Shown one piece after another: positions 23,302 through 34,048 of a stretch of 34,048 bases of DNA (its first letter is position 1; every line of letters starts with the position of its first letter). Below the pieces are notes generated by a model, which saw only the letters and a program-made list of their open reading frames with translations, was not told the DNA's origin and made no database searches. The stretch covers positions 1-34,048 of the forward strand of contig JYFJ02004189.1 in NCBI GenBank assembly GCA_000934665.2, written 5' to 3'. Source of the DNA: Catajapyx aquilonaris. Lineage: Eukaryota. The position numbers and the translations under genes were made by a program.

Positions 23302-24470
23302 CTGCTATTACTTATTTTGCTTGGTTTGTCATAACTAAATGAAGGGAAATTCATATTTCTGCTGGCAATTTGCCACCTGGTCTTCTCATAATAGAGAAAC
23401 ATACATTGTCCTGACATTTTAAGTGCCATTCAAAAGAATTGCAGGGGGTCGATGACCAATATGAAAATCAAGGTTTTGGGCACCAGCTTTGATTTTAAAT
23501 GTTTGGATTTATTATCTAAATGAACATGATCATCTCATATAGCGTAATATAATACACATATCAAATGTTAGATTTGACCTGAGCTTCTAGGAGATATGGT
23601 CGTCAAAGTGACAGCTAATGTAGCAAAAATGATCGAAAATTGGCACATTTCACACCTGTAGTCTTGGAACCACTCGTCGTAGAGCCTAAGAAATTTGGTC
23701 AAAACCGGAGGAGGTCATGGCCAAGTATGGCCCACTTGACGTGGAGAGACCGTGGCACACAGCAATATAGTATGTGACACATGTGACGCGTCAGTTGCGC
23801 TTGTTTATTATTTTGATCATATTAAAAAATTTTGCTGGTTCTAACCAGTCTTTCAAAAAGTCTGCATCATTGCAGTTCCTGGTTGGTTGGTTGGTTGGTT
23901 GGTTGGTTTGAAAGGGTTACCCAGCTTGTATGGCTCTGTCTGAGTCGAGCCTTCGCAGCCGGGGGTAGGAGAGGAAGGTGTGGGAATGCTAGGTAGGGGT
24001 GGGTGAGAAGGGTGGGGGAGAGGAGGGCTGGCTCCGGCTGTACTGCAATGCCGGGTCCAACCCAGGGACGGGGGTGGGATATTCTCCCAAGCACCCCGTC
24101 CAACCAAGAAATGCGAGTCAGGTCCGAGGACCGCTCGAGGAAGAGAGTACCGTCGCGTCGCTGGCGAACCAGCCGGGACCTCATACAACCTCATGTTTTT
24201 ATTATTATTACACGCTTTATATTAGCTTCACTGTGAGTGCTGTCTGTGACCGGATGGATGTCTGTCTGCACCTGTAGCGCGTTCGCTTTAGTTGTCACAT
24301 CGTTCCTTCCATCCTATCTTTAGAGGGCGGTTCGCCTTCCCACACCATCTAACGGTTGGTATTCACATTAGGGGTGACTTCGCAACCTCAACGCCAGATG
24401 GCGGTAGTAGTCACTACTTCCACACCACATACACCAGATCATGGTTTTAGAAGACTACTCCCACCCACGC

Positions 24471-24637
24471 CCTGCCGGGGCGTTTTGCAGCGGGTGCTCA
24501 CCTGAGAGCGCCATGAGACATTTGGGAGCCCAGGTAAGTGGCGACCCTACCGGACTAGGTAGGGTCGCCACTACCTGGGCTCCCAAATGTCTCATGGCGC
24601 TCTCAGGTGAGCAACCGCTGCAAAATGCCTCGGCAGG
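24471..24637. repeat. 167-bp GC-rich near-perfect palindrome (about 80-bp stem, 6-nt loop)
   Basis: CCTGCCG...GGCGACCCTACC-GGACTA-GGTAGGGTCGCC...CGGCAGG with 3 substitutions and one 1-nt bulge. Confidence 0.97.
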
Positions 24638-24740
24638 TGATAACGCCAGAATGTAGTATAAGTGTCCGGGGGCTCCACCAGATCTTCAAGGCTTGCGCGA
24701 TTCAGACAACGTGTGTTAAAGATGAGAGAGGTAGAAACAC

Positions 24741-24941
24741 CACCACGTTGTGTACCTGGGGCCTAGGATTTTTGCAGAAGGTCAAGCCTATGTCGCCCTG
24801 AGCAGAGTTAAATCTTTAGATGGCCTTCGAATTGAAGAGTTACACTTTTCCAAGCTAACTGATGGCAAAAAGCCATGCAACTCCAAAGCATTAGCAGAAA
24901 TGCATCTAATGAGACTCGTTCCAAACTATGCGGACCTGTAA
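24741..24941 (+). pseudogene. C-terminal fragment of a Helitron/Helentron PIF1-family (SF1B) helicase
   Basis: HHVVYLGPRIFAEGQAYVALSRVKSLDGLRIEELHFSKLTDGKKPCNSKALAEM contains helicase motif VI, GQ.YVALSR. There is an in-frame stop just upstream, so it is not an intact gene. Confidence 0.92.
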
Positions 24942-25145
24942 TTCTCACCCTCAGCTACTTACATCCGCTATTTCCGCCTTCCAACCTAGTCAATCATGCA
25001 CCTATATTGTTATCCAGAGGTGACTACCAACCGACTTGTCTTTCTAATGCTCAGCGATTAAATTACTTCTCATCCATTACATCTTTTATTTCTCATTGCC
25101 CTACTTGTCATTCCTTCCATTTTATCACTAAAAACCACTTAAAAT

Positions 25146-25652
25146 AAAAATATATAAAAAACCTTTTTAAGAACACGCTTTATATTTTCAAGTGCACTAA
25201 AAAGTAGAAAATAATTTTTCTTCCTCAATCTTCAGCTTTCTCTTTTACCTTGAACTGAACAGAAGATTCATGACTTTCTTTCCATGGAATTCAGCTAATG
25301 CAGTATTGTCTTGCTTTACTTATATTCTTATACGGCCTACATGACGAGAAATAAAGCGTGGGCACTAAAATTATACAATTAATACTGTACATGGTTATAT
25401 TTCATTACATTCATGTAGTTAATGTGTCATTAGTGCCCACACTTTATTTCTCGTCATGTAGGCCGTATAAGAATATAAGTAAAGCAAGACAATACTGCAG
25501 TACCTGAATTCCATGGAAAGAAAAAGTAATGAATCTTCTGTTCAGTTCAAGGTAAGAGAAAGCTGAAGATTGAGGAAGAAATTATTTTCCACTTTTTAGT
25601 GCACTTGGAAATATAAAGCGTGTTCTTAAAAAGGTTTTTTATATATATTTTT
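25146..25652. repeat. 507-bp palindrome at the Helentron 3' end
   Basis: Arms at 25146-25368 and 25430-25652 with a 61-bp spacer. Confidence 0.95.
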
Positions 25653-25755
25653 AATCAATGCAGTTAATGAATGCAGTTCCTGGGTTTGGCAGTACTTGAA
25701 GTAGGCCAAACACGGACCGGTCGTCCGCGGCATTTGTTCCGATTGCCCATAATAG

Positions 25756-25810
25756 CTATGGTTCCCAACATGGGGGCGCGACCCCCCAAGGGGGCCGTGA
25801 GAGGTCGCGG
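25756..25810 (+). mobile_element. Solo hAT (Charlie-like) terminus
   Basis: CTATGGTTCCCAACATGGGGGCGCGACCCCCCAAGGGGG resembles CAGTGGTTCCCAAC..GGGG.CGCGACCCC ends; no partner end found. Confidence 0.5.
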
Positions 25811-28800
25811 TTATTTTTATAAAATAAAAATAACTAAAATAAATGAATAAAATAAACCTTATAGGAAATTTCACCACAAAGGTTTTTTTCAACATCTACT
25901 AACACACGTAAATTATACGTATATTTTTAATGTGACACGCGTACGTGGAAGGATGGACTCATGACACATAAGCACAGTACGTCATATGGCACACATCTGT
26001 AGTGTTGTCACAGGACAAGGAGGATGGGTATGGTTTTTGAGGGATCTTCCGGTTGGAGGCCCTGTTTGCGCGCAGCGGAAGAACTTTCGTGGTTCACTTG
26101 TAATAAACAACATGTATTGAAGTAGGCCTACTGTACTGTATACATCCCATCACCCTTGAAAGCCTTGATCATTATCACAAGCATCGTCTCCTAATAGTTA
26201 ACAGTGCAATTACCCTCTTGATGCCTAACCATAGTACACGGACGGCATATCTTGGTCTGGAAAAGTTAATATGAACATGGATCTTATCTAGGAGTCATGG
26301 AGAAAAGAAAAAGGACAACCCAGGAAACCTTGGGCTTCCCAACATGCAACCTGCGAGGGAAGAGGGATGATGCAACAACTGTTTTTGGAAGGTATAGTCA
26401 ATGTCTGGTATCCCAGGAGGGTAGGTAGGAAGGCGACGCTACGGTCTCCTGCAGGACGACGCCCACCAGTCACACAATACTGTGACAAGTGTTCTGCGAC
26501 ATATGTATCCTGCAACGCCGCGCCGTGTCGTATTTTCTCTGACGTTTTACAGTGCCGTTTATGCTGGCATTAATTACACATTTGTTGTATCAAAACGTTT
26601 TGTGTGCATATCTGCAGGTTATAACATTTTTCAAACCGCCTTTTCGCTGTAATATTGCCGTCCCAGTGTATACTGCATTTCTCTCAGTTTTCTCTCATAT
26701 TCTCTCATGTAAGATAACAGCTCAAATAATACATGCATTACTCGAATGATTTGTCATTTCTAGCCGGGTTGTATAAAGGAGAACCTAGTTTTCGGCTCGA
26801 TTAATTTCACAATTAATCTAGAATATGTCTAAATTTTGCTTCCCATGTGGCTACCGCCCCCTCATTCAATGGCATGACAATTTGAGCACTGTTCACCCCA
26901 GAAGTTCAAATGATTGTGAAACACCCTGTGAAAAGCCAATCTGCCACTGCCCTTACAGGTATAGGCCTTCTCCACGGCTACCTCAGAGGCCCATGTAATA
27001 ATTGTCGCACTGGAAGGCTACCGCCACAACTCAGGCCTAGTCCTTCCCTAGTCCCCATGCAAGCTCTGAACAAGAAGGAAGGTTGGATCAAGGCGATGAT
27101 TTCCCATGGGCCAATCCCATCTCTGATATCCCTGATTGTGGCTCACCTTACTCCTAAATACGTGTTTCATGTTCCCTAGGCACTGTAAGAAGCCTCGGTG
27201 ATTTCAATTATCTCAGCTCTATATCCTTTGCGATATTTGGCAGAAAGTGGGTTGCGTTCCTATTTACTGTTCTCCAGTATGGTATGGTAAAAAAGACATC
27301 AGTGAAACCATGTTTTATTGCAGAAATATATTTGTAGGCCTGCCCAACTTCTCCACATTTTTTATCCAACCCAATTGCGCCTTAAAACCGCGTTGAAGAC
27401 AAATCTAGTGGATTGTACGTGGTTTTTAAAAAATCTGGTTGAAAGTAGGACATCGCTGCACCCTACCTAATAAAGAAAGGGAATAAAAAAGGAGACTTCT
27501 TACTTAGCTTAAGGGCGTTGTGCGTAGGCTGACTGAAATGGGAGAAGATAATGGAAGTTGTGTTGATTTGTATCATCAAAATGGGACTGCTGGGGAAATT
27601 CTCTCCCGGTCTCCGTCTTCTAATTCATAAGGCTGCGGAAACTTGATAGCGTTTTACTTTCGGGTACCGGCACTAAAGATATCAGGATACTAAATATTGC
27701 ACGAAATTAAGGAGGATAGTCGTAGGCTGGCTGTGTTTTGGTCGATCCAGCTCATAGTCGCTGCAAATATGGAATTTATCTCTGGACTGAGGAAGACCTC
27801 TGGCACGACAGCACTAGTTTTGTAATGGAATTCTGGTGTTTTTTTCGGTTCGAACTGGAGATGCCCGCCATGTCTGAAATGATCCGAGTGGGAATTATTT
27901 TTAAAATTGTAGCCCTGCACTTTCTCCCTAAAATAGCCCTCCTAAGAAGAATGGATTAATCTTTCATGCTCCTTTTTTGGTTTCAGGTCGTTCCGTATTT
28001 CGCTAGCTTCGGTTTAAAAGTGCCAGCTGGGGATTTAATCAATAAGGAAGTGGTGCACTCTTTAAATGTTGAGAAGATTCGACAAACTGCAAGGAGCAGA
28101 AGCCATGCAAGGAGAGACGGACCGCCTAATTTTGTTACTTTATATTGATTAATTGAATAAAGTTGGTCCAGAAAACACTCTAGTTTCATCATTGCATTTT
28201 AGGCACTTTCGAATTACAGACCTAGCAGATTGTATATAAAAAAGGACATTTCATATTTTAGATAACAAAAAGGGCTGACAACTCCACAGCATATTTTCAA
28301 CTCGAATTTCCCTACCCCTTCGATGGAAGCACGGTCAAATAGCAATCTCTTCTATATTATAGATCAGCACAAATAGGAGACTTCCGGAGTGGAGCTATGC
28401 TATTTCATGATTTAAGACTCTGCTCTGATATCTAGGAAAAAGAGAATTGGAAGCAAATAAACGTGGGCTGGGCGGAGGAAACGTGGCAGGATTGGTAGGG
28501 GATTCATTACTAATTAAATACCCTTCTGACACGAAACAAAAATTTCCTTCGTCATTATTCATAATATATGAAATAAAACGTGTCAACAGGCTGCAAAACT
28601 CTGCACGTGGTGTGCCAACGTTAGAAATATTACAAGCTGAACTGACGGCTACTAGAAAGAAGGGTATTAGAGTTTATGCATGTTTTTTTTCGAGAGGATG
28701 GTGGAGTTTTTTCAAGCAGAAGACTCGGCGCCGCTTTATCAAAAGCTTACGCCTCAATGCCTTGTACATTTTAATTATATCAGTATATTATTACGCTAAT

Positions 28801-31800
28801 GAAAAGGGTGTAAAACACTGACAGCTAATCGAAACGTTTTAATTAGTATAGAACATATTGCACTTGGGGTAATCTCCACTTATAAACCGGATCAAACCGC
28901 ACTTTCAGTAATACGCAATATTCTAATGCAGCATAGGGCCATATTTTATTTCCCATAAAAGTAATGACTTTGAGCGGTATTTCAAATTATTGGATAACCA
29001 TACCCACACTGATAATGCTCTTTAAAATGCCGCTACGCCCCCAACAACACACAATTTTTGGGGGGACTCAGGCCGGATCAAGGATTCACCCAAATGTCGC
29101 ATGGTCCTGATGCGTCCGATATCCACCGCTATTGACGAAAAAAAAAATCCCAGGCCGCGCGTTTGTTATCAAGTGGACACCTTCATCCCGCGGGTGCGAC
29201 TGCATCTTCATCGGGGTATGTATGTATGGGCATGCTGCAATGGCATGGCGACAAAAGCAGACTACATCGCGATGCAGCCCCCCCTGCCTGTCAATCCCAG
29301 CCAGCCTTGAACACGATTGTACAAGTTGGACCAATGGCGTGTATCGACCTAGGCCCACGCTATCTGCTCCAAATTGGAAGCCTCCCCACCTCCCTATTCC
29401 CACCCTCTATCCAGCCCCCTACTCCCGGAATAGAGAGACAGGCACCCAGTCCACACTGGGATTTTGCCCCTACTCATCTGCCTGCACAATTTTGGAGACC
29501 CTTCTGGATGACCCCGAATGATAGCTAGGGCCTGTCGATGAAGCATTGTTGTGCGACACAAGAGACTCGTTATCGCTTGTTGCCATTAAGTGACAGGTCT
29601 GCAGACAAATCGAGGTTATCGGGGGTCTTGGGAATTTTGTAGGAGACTTCAACTGGGCTGATATTTTTTTATAGATATTACTAAGTCGAGGTTGCGCATG
29701 ACTGGTGGTAGGGTTGGGTAATTTTTTGACGAGCAAAATGGGCGTTGTATTGACTACTGGAATTACTAATTTCAATCACACTTTGAAAATTTTCTATTTA
29801 TAAGACGTCGATAGTTTTCCTATCTGGATTGTAATTATGACAGAGCGATTTGAAAAGACCGCTACGTACATGGTGATTTTTGGAACAATATTCTCAGCAC
29901 AGGGTGCAATCAATAGGAGCAGGGAAGAATCGATAAACTGTAGACGCTCATTATCAGTCCTGGGGTATAACAGGGGAGATGTTTCATATTCTGCAAGTTT
30001 GGTAGCAAACTTTGAATATTACCGCATCGTATATATTCAAATGTGGAATGATTTTCACAGTAACTGTCAGCTACACCGAACGTATACAGCATTAGCAGAA
30101 GTATCAGAAAATATTTCAACCGCTAGTCAACAATGCACTTACACTAAATGTCGAAATGTTTCGTGCATTGGATTGTCCAGAAGCTAAAATAACACTGCAA
30201 TTATGATGTATGAAAATGTAGTACAAGTGGCGCTCTAATTGGAGTTACTTGTCACATATCCTGAATCGCTGTCGAATAATAAAGCACTCTAAGCCGTGTA
30301 CTGTGCGAGGATAAAGCATTTGACCCCTCGGGATTTTTTTTGTTTTGTTTTGAAAGAGTATGGAAAACGTGCGGTTATTAATAATTCTTTTTTTTGTATG
30401 GAATGTCATGTGGAATGCATATTAGTGCCCTTCGATTAGTACCCGACAGTAGGTATACTGTAGTGCTCGGTACATTTTTCGTTCCTATATTGCGGTCAAA
30501 TTTTTGGCCCGATCAGCCAACTTTGGAGGAAGGAAACATGTTAGAAGTCAATCAAACCAACAAGGTCACTTGATGGGACTTGTCGACGTGCATGTTGTAA
30601 ACATTCTGAAATAAAAAACGAACGCACCCGACCTTCGTGACCAATCGGAAGCCACCTAATGACACCCTTGCGTGCTGTGATTCCTCGCCCATTTAAAGTT
30701 ATACACATCGAAACTATTCACTCTCAATAGAACTTTTCAACAGCTCACACGTTACATATTGAAATTACAAAATTCATTTCTTAAAAAAAAAAAAAAAATC
30801 CGGAGTGTCTAGATCCGATGTGGGAAACGAGAAGCTGCTAGGATCCGGAATCATCTCCATTTATCACCCGGCTCTGTAACAATGGGCCATAATAATTTAA
30901 AAGGCGTGCTTCTGGTGGCAATAGTGGGTCTTTGGGGCTTATGCATTATGGGGAGGGCGTCGCTGTGGTCATTATCACAGCCTAGCTCTGACGTTAAAAT
31001 GGCCCTGCGGTTATTAGGTCGTTGGAGGGGCTTGCGTGAGCCCGACCTGGGGTGACCAACACTGGTTGTGACGTCACAGGTCACATACCGGGGAGTGACG
31101 TGGCAGAGTATATTCGGCACAACTACGAGTCTAGCAGATCAAAAGGAACTGGGTGCTAGGGGGAAAGCGAGGCAGCCAGCCGCATGGAAATTAACTCTTC
31201 CGGGGAAATGCCCTCAGCCCTTTTTCATATTCTTCTTGCTCCAACGATTTACTAAATGATGGCCTGCCCTCCCCTCCCCTCCCCTCCACTCCTACCCCCT
31301 CCCACACTCCCCAAATAGTGGGATCCTTGTTGCGTAAATGGTCCGTTAATGACGGATGGAAAAGGAAAAAGGAGGGTGAGGTTTCGTGCAAGCGTTTGGA
31401 AGCGATTCAGGGCTTCCTGTCCTTCTACCCAGTCTCACATCCAGTTGGATATCACTAAGGGCACCAATCTTAGATAATACACATTTCTAATTTCCTGATA
31501 AAATATTTTAACGTTGCCTAACATATCATATTGTGTTAACGCGGTGTTATGCTACCGTATAATTTGCACGCTAACCTTATTTTAATGGCATATTAACACT
31601 TTCAGCAGTTAGCCCATTGAATAACCCCTCCAGTCATATAGGTAGAATTTGGCTGCTTGTTATTTTAAACAGCTTAAACTCATTGGTGGCATACTTTTTG
31701 CCACAATTTACACTGTTACTGTATCCATGCCAAGTTGATACCTCTGCAGTGCAACTAGTTACTTTTAACAAGTAAATAATTACTGTACAGTTACAGTACT

Positions 31801-32201
31801 CAGTGCATAATATTATAGTAACAAAAATAATAAGCAATAACTTCATCGAATTACTACTTAAGTTACTTGAATATTTAAGTTACTTCCATGAAGTTGACGA
31901 TATACTTTTTACAGCCTAATGTTAACTTTTTTAAAAAAACTCTCCAAGGGGCAATGCTAATGTCAATGTGCCAGAAATGTGGGAAAAAATAGTATTTTTT
32001 TAAGGATGTAAATTCTGGCCTGCCAAAATCTCTCTCTTTTACACTGAGTCGGGCGCTGTTGATGCTACGCTATTTTTCTTCGAAATAGAAATCAGATGTA
32101 GATTCTTAATGTTTTCCGCATGGTGCAACCAGCAGAGTTACAGAAGAATGAAGATTTTTCTGCCAAGTCTGAAGAGGTAGGTGGCATAAGTAGCTTAATA
32201 C

Positions 32202-32334
32202 GGCCAGTTGCACCAGATTAGATGCATAAGGAATCTCAATTTATTTGCTAATATTATTGTCAGCAACAATAAAAAACTTCATATACGGGTATGTTAAATT
32301 TGATATTAACGTGTCTAATGTGGTGCAACAGGCT
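32202..32334. mobile_element. Old PIF/Harbinger-like MITE
   Basis: GCCAGTTGCACCAGATTAGATGC and GTGTCTAATGTGGTGCAACAGGC form inverted ends; no TSD recognisable. Confidence 0.6.
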
Positions 32335-34048
32335 CTCAGAAGAAATCAACCATAATCATATCTGGAAAATATTACCGCATTTCAAACGTTAAGTGCAATT
32401 AGAACTTAAAATATTTTAAAATGATATTCTCTAAACGTATACAACGCTGATCTTTAGCTACTACTTGACTCACACAGCACCATACAGTGAAGCATTTTAG
32501 GAAGATAGTGCCCGATTTTGTAAGCCTCTGCTGAGTACTCTCCACCAAACCTATTTTTTCGTCTCTTTGTCAATCCGTAGGTTCCCATCTAACAAAAAAG
32601 TGAAGGTCCGTCATGCAAAGTCTGGATGCCAGCCTGACCTGGTCCAGACTTTGAATAGTGCAAGGATTGCCACGTGCAGTCAAGCATTGTCGTACATAAT
32701 TCTGTTACAGTTTGAGTGGTGCATATTTGAAAATTCTACAGTACAAGCAGTTCAGACCTTGGATCGAGTGAACTTCACATGTTTCGCCCCTTACGCAAAA
32801 TTTAAGGCAGGGGTAGGCTACATGTAGAGTGTGAACCTGTGTGCACATCCTATTTGTTTTTAAGCACCAAACATTTACTATCATGAAAAATACTGTATAA
32901 CTTTGTTTTCATGTAGATACAAGGTATTTATAGACCAAAATGGAAACCCCCCAAAAAAGTAACATCAAAAATGACTAAGGAGCTGGGCCTGAGATGAGCC
33001 TATGTTGGCGAATGCGCGCCCGAGATAGGGAAGATGAGTGATGGAAGAGAAATTTGCAGTCGGGTGAAGGTTGTCTCCAACCAATTTCCTGACCGGAGCC
33101 CATCCGCCTCATTCTTGTCTCCAGCCCTAGGGGTCGTTGTCTGCTTTCCCGCCCTCAAGATTTGATTCAGGCCACATTCAGGCGCTCCACTACCCCATGT
33201 TCTTTTTCACCTTAAAATTCTGGTGGGAGCCGGATACTATTCAGTTCCGGCTCATTGTCTATTTCACCCAGCATCTATAAAGCATACCGTTTTTTTCACT
33301 TTTTAATGCATACCATGGTCGCATATCCAATTCTCCATACCCAAGGCTAAAGATAAAAGAGCTGCAGGCGACAACCGGAAGGAGTCTTCCCCCACCACGA
33401 CTCATTTCCCTCCCATTCATTTTCTGAACTGGCAACAGGGCCATAATCTCTCGCTCTCTGCACTGAGGCTTCCTATTAGTTATAATGACTTTCACTGACC
33501 AATACCCTCCATTCACTCTCTGGCTCTCTTGGACACACGTACTTTTCCGATACCTCTCTCCCTCTACAGCCATCAGAGAATCTGCTTTTCGCATTTAGAG
33601 TAATGAGCATAAAGTAATATTGCATGAAACATGATGGATTGTATTGTCTCTAATGCATCATTTGACGCTATTGACATCTGAAGTTACGGTGTTCTGTTGA
33701 CAAATAGTCCATTTGAAAAACAGTCAACAGTAGGCTCCTTTGCCTGTCCATTTGCTGTACTCTTCAAAACAGATATCGATCAGTTAAATCACATCCAATT
33801 CCTAACTGTAACACTATACAGTGTCATTCAGAATAATGGAGCTTACATTTGCATCGGTGGAAATTGTGGAATCTAACCCATGCGAATTCACCTTCAATTT
33901 GGGCGTTGTGACACTTATATTCACACTTACATGTTACTCCCTGCCACGACCGAAGCAAGTGAAAATTGCGATTTCTGCCTATATACAGAGCTCAATTCTG
34001 AAACACGCGGTGTAAAAACCAATAGGGGGCAGCTATAGTGCAGCATAA

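Larger units (their letters stand above)
24201..25652 (+). mobile_element. Non-autonomous Helentron/Helitron2 derivative (HINE-like)
   Basis: Subterminal inverted repeat ACACGCTTTATATT at 24210-24223, direct copy at 25173-25186 and inverted copy at 25610-25623. TGTC-like microsatellite remnant near the 5' end. Helicase remnant and long 3' palindrome. Bounded by T5 runs. Confidence 0.85.
23883..25671 (-). mobile_element. 5'-truncated non-LTR retrotransposon 3' end (Jockey-like) with (AACC)7 tail, interrupted by a Helentron
   Basis: (GGTT)7 at 23881-23908 and a 3' stem-loop CCGGCT..GGCTC..GAGCC..AGCTGG. Candidate 12-bp TSD TGCAGTTCCTGG at 23871-23882 and 25672-25683. Removing 24201-25652 joins LTALIKN to MRLYEVPAGSPATRRYSLPRAVL in frame. 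Confidence 0.65.

Noticed and set aside
29104..29150. Hammerhead ribozyme (CTGATGC-GTC...GAC-GAAA)
   Set aside because: The core CUGANGA is broken, and no stem I or stem III partners are found.
29086..29775. Cluster of overlapping 100-130-aa ORFs
   Set aside because: Open in several frames and both strands because of GC content; no recognisable domain.
29910..30119. Secreted peptide-like ORF MKYFLILLLMLYTFGVADS
   Set aside because: The start is TTG, not ATG, with no splice or homology support.
31634..31846. Signal-peptide-like ORF MKLLLIIFVTIILC
   Set aside because: The hydrophobic run is expected from AT-rich sequence; no recognisable mature domain.

Overview
Animal nuclear DNA, most likely an insect or other arthropod (inferred from the SINE and MITE types). 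It is intergenic or intronic, with no intact protein-coding gene, functional RNA gene or CRISPR array that I can support. Nearly all listed ORFs are chance frames or repeat translations. The window is a dense, nested transposon landscape. It holds at least five tRNA-headed SINE copies with target-site duplications (TSDs), built from shuffled head, body and tail modules, one carrying a Deu/Nin-type core. It also holds about ten MITEs or foldbacks (Tc1/mariner, hAT, PIF/Harbinger and pogo-like ends), including a 1.9-kb near-perfect foldback, and a decayed IS630/Tc1-type transposase. A non-autonomous Helentron with a PIF1-helicase remnant and two long palindromes sits inside a truncated LINE 3' end. 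Several unique stretches have homeodomain-type motif clusters and may be enhancers. I found no clearly new enzymatic system. The most interesting signals are SINE module exchange, element nesting, long hairpins and a loop micro-inversion at an assembly junction. All family calls come from pattern recognition, not database searches.
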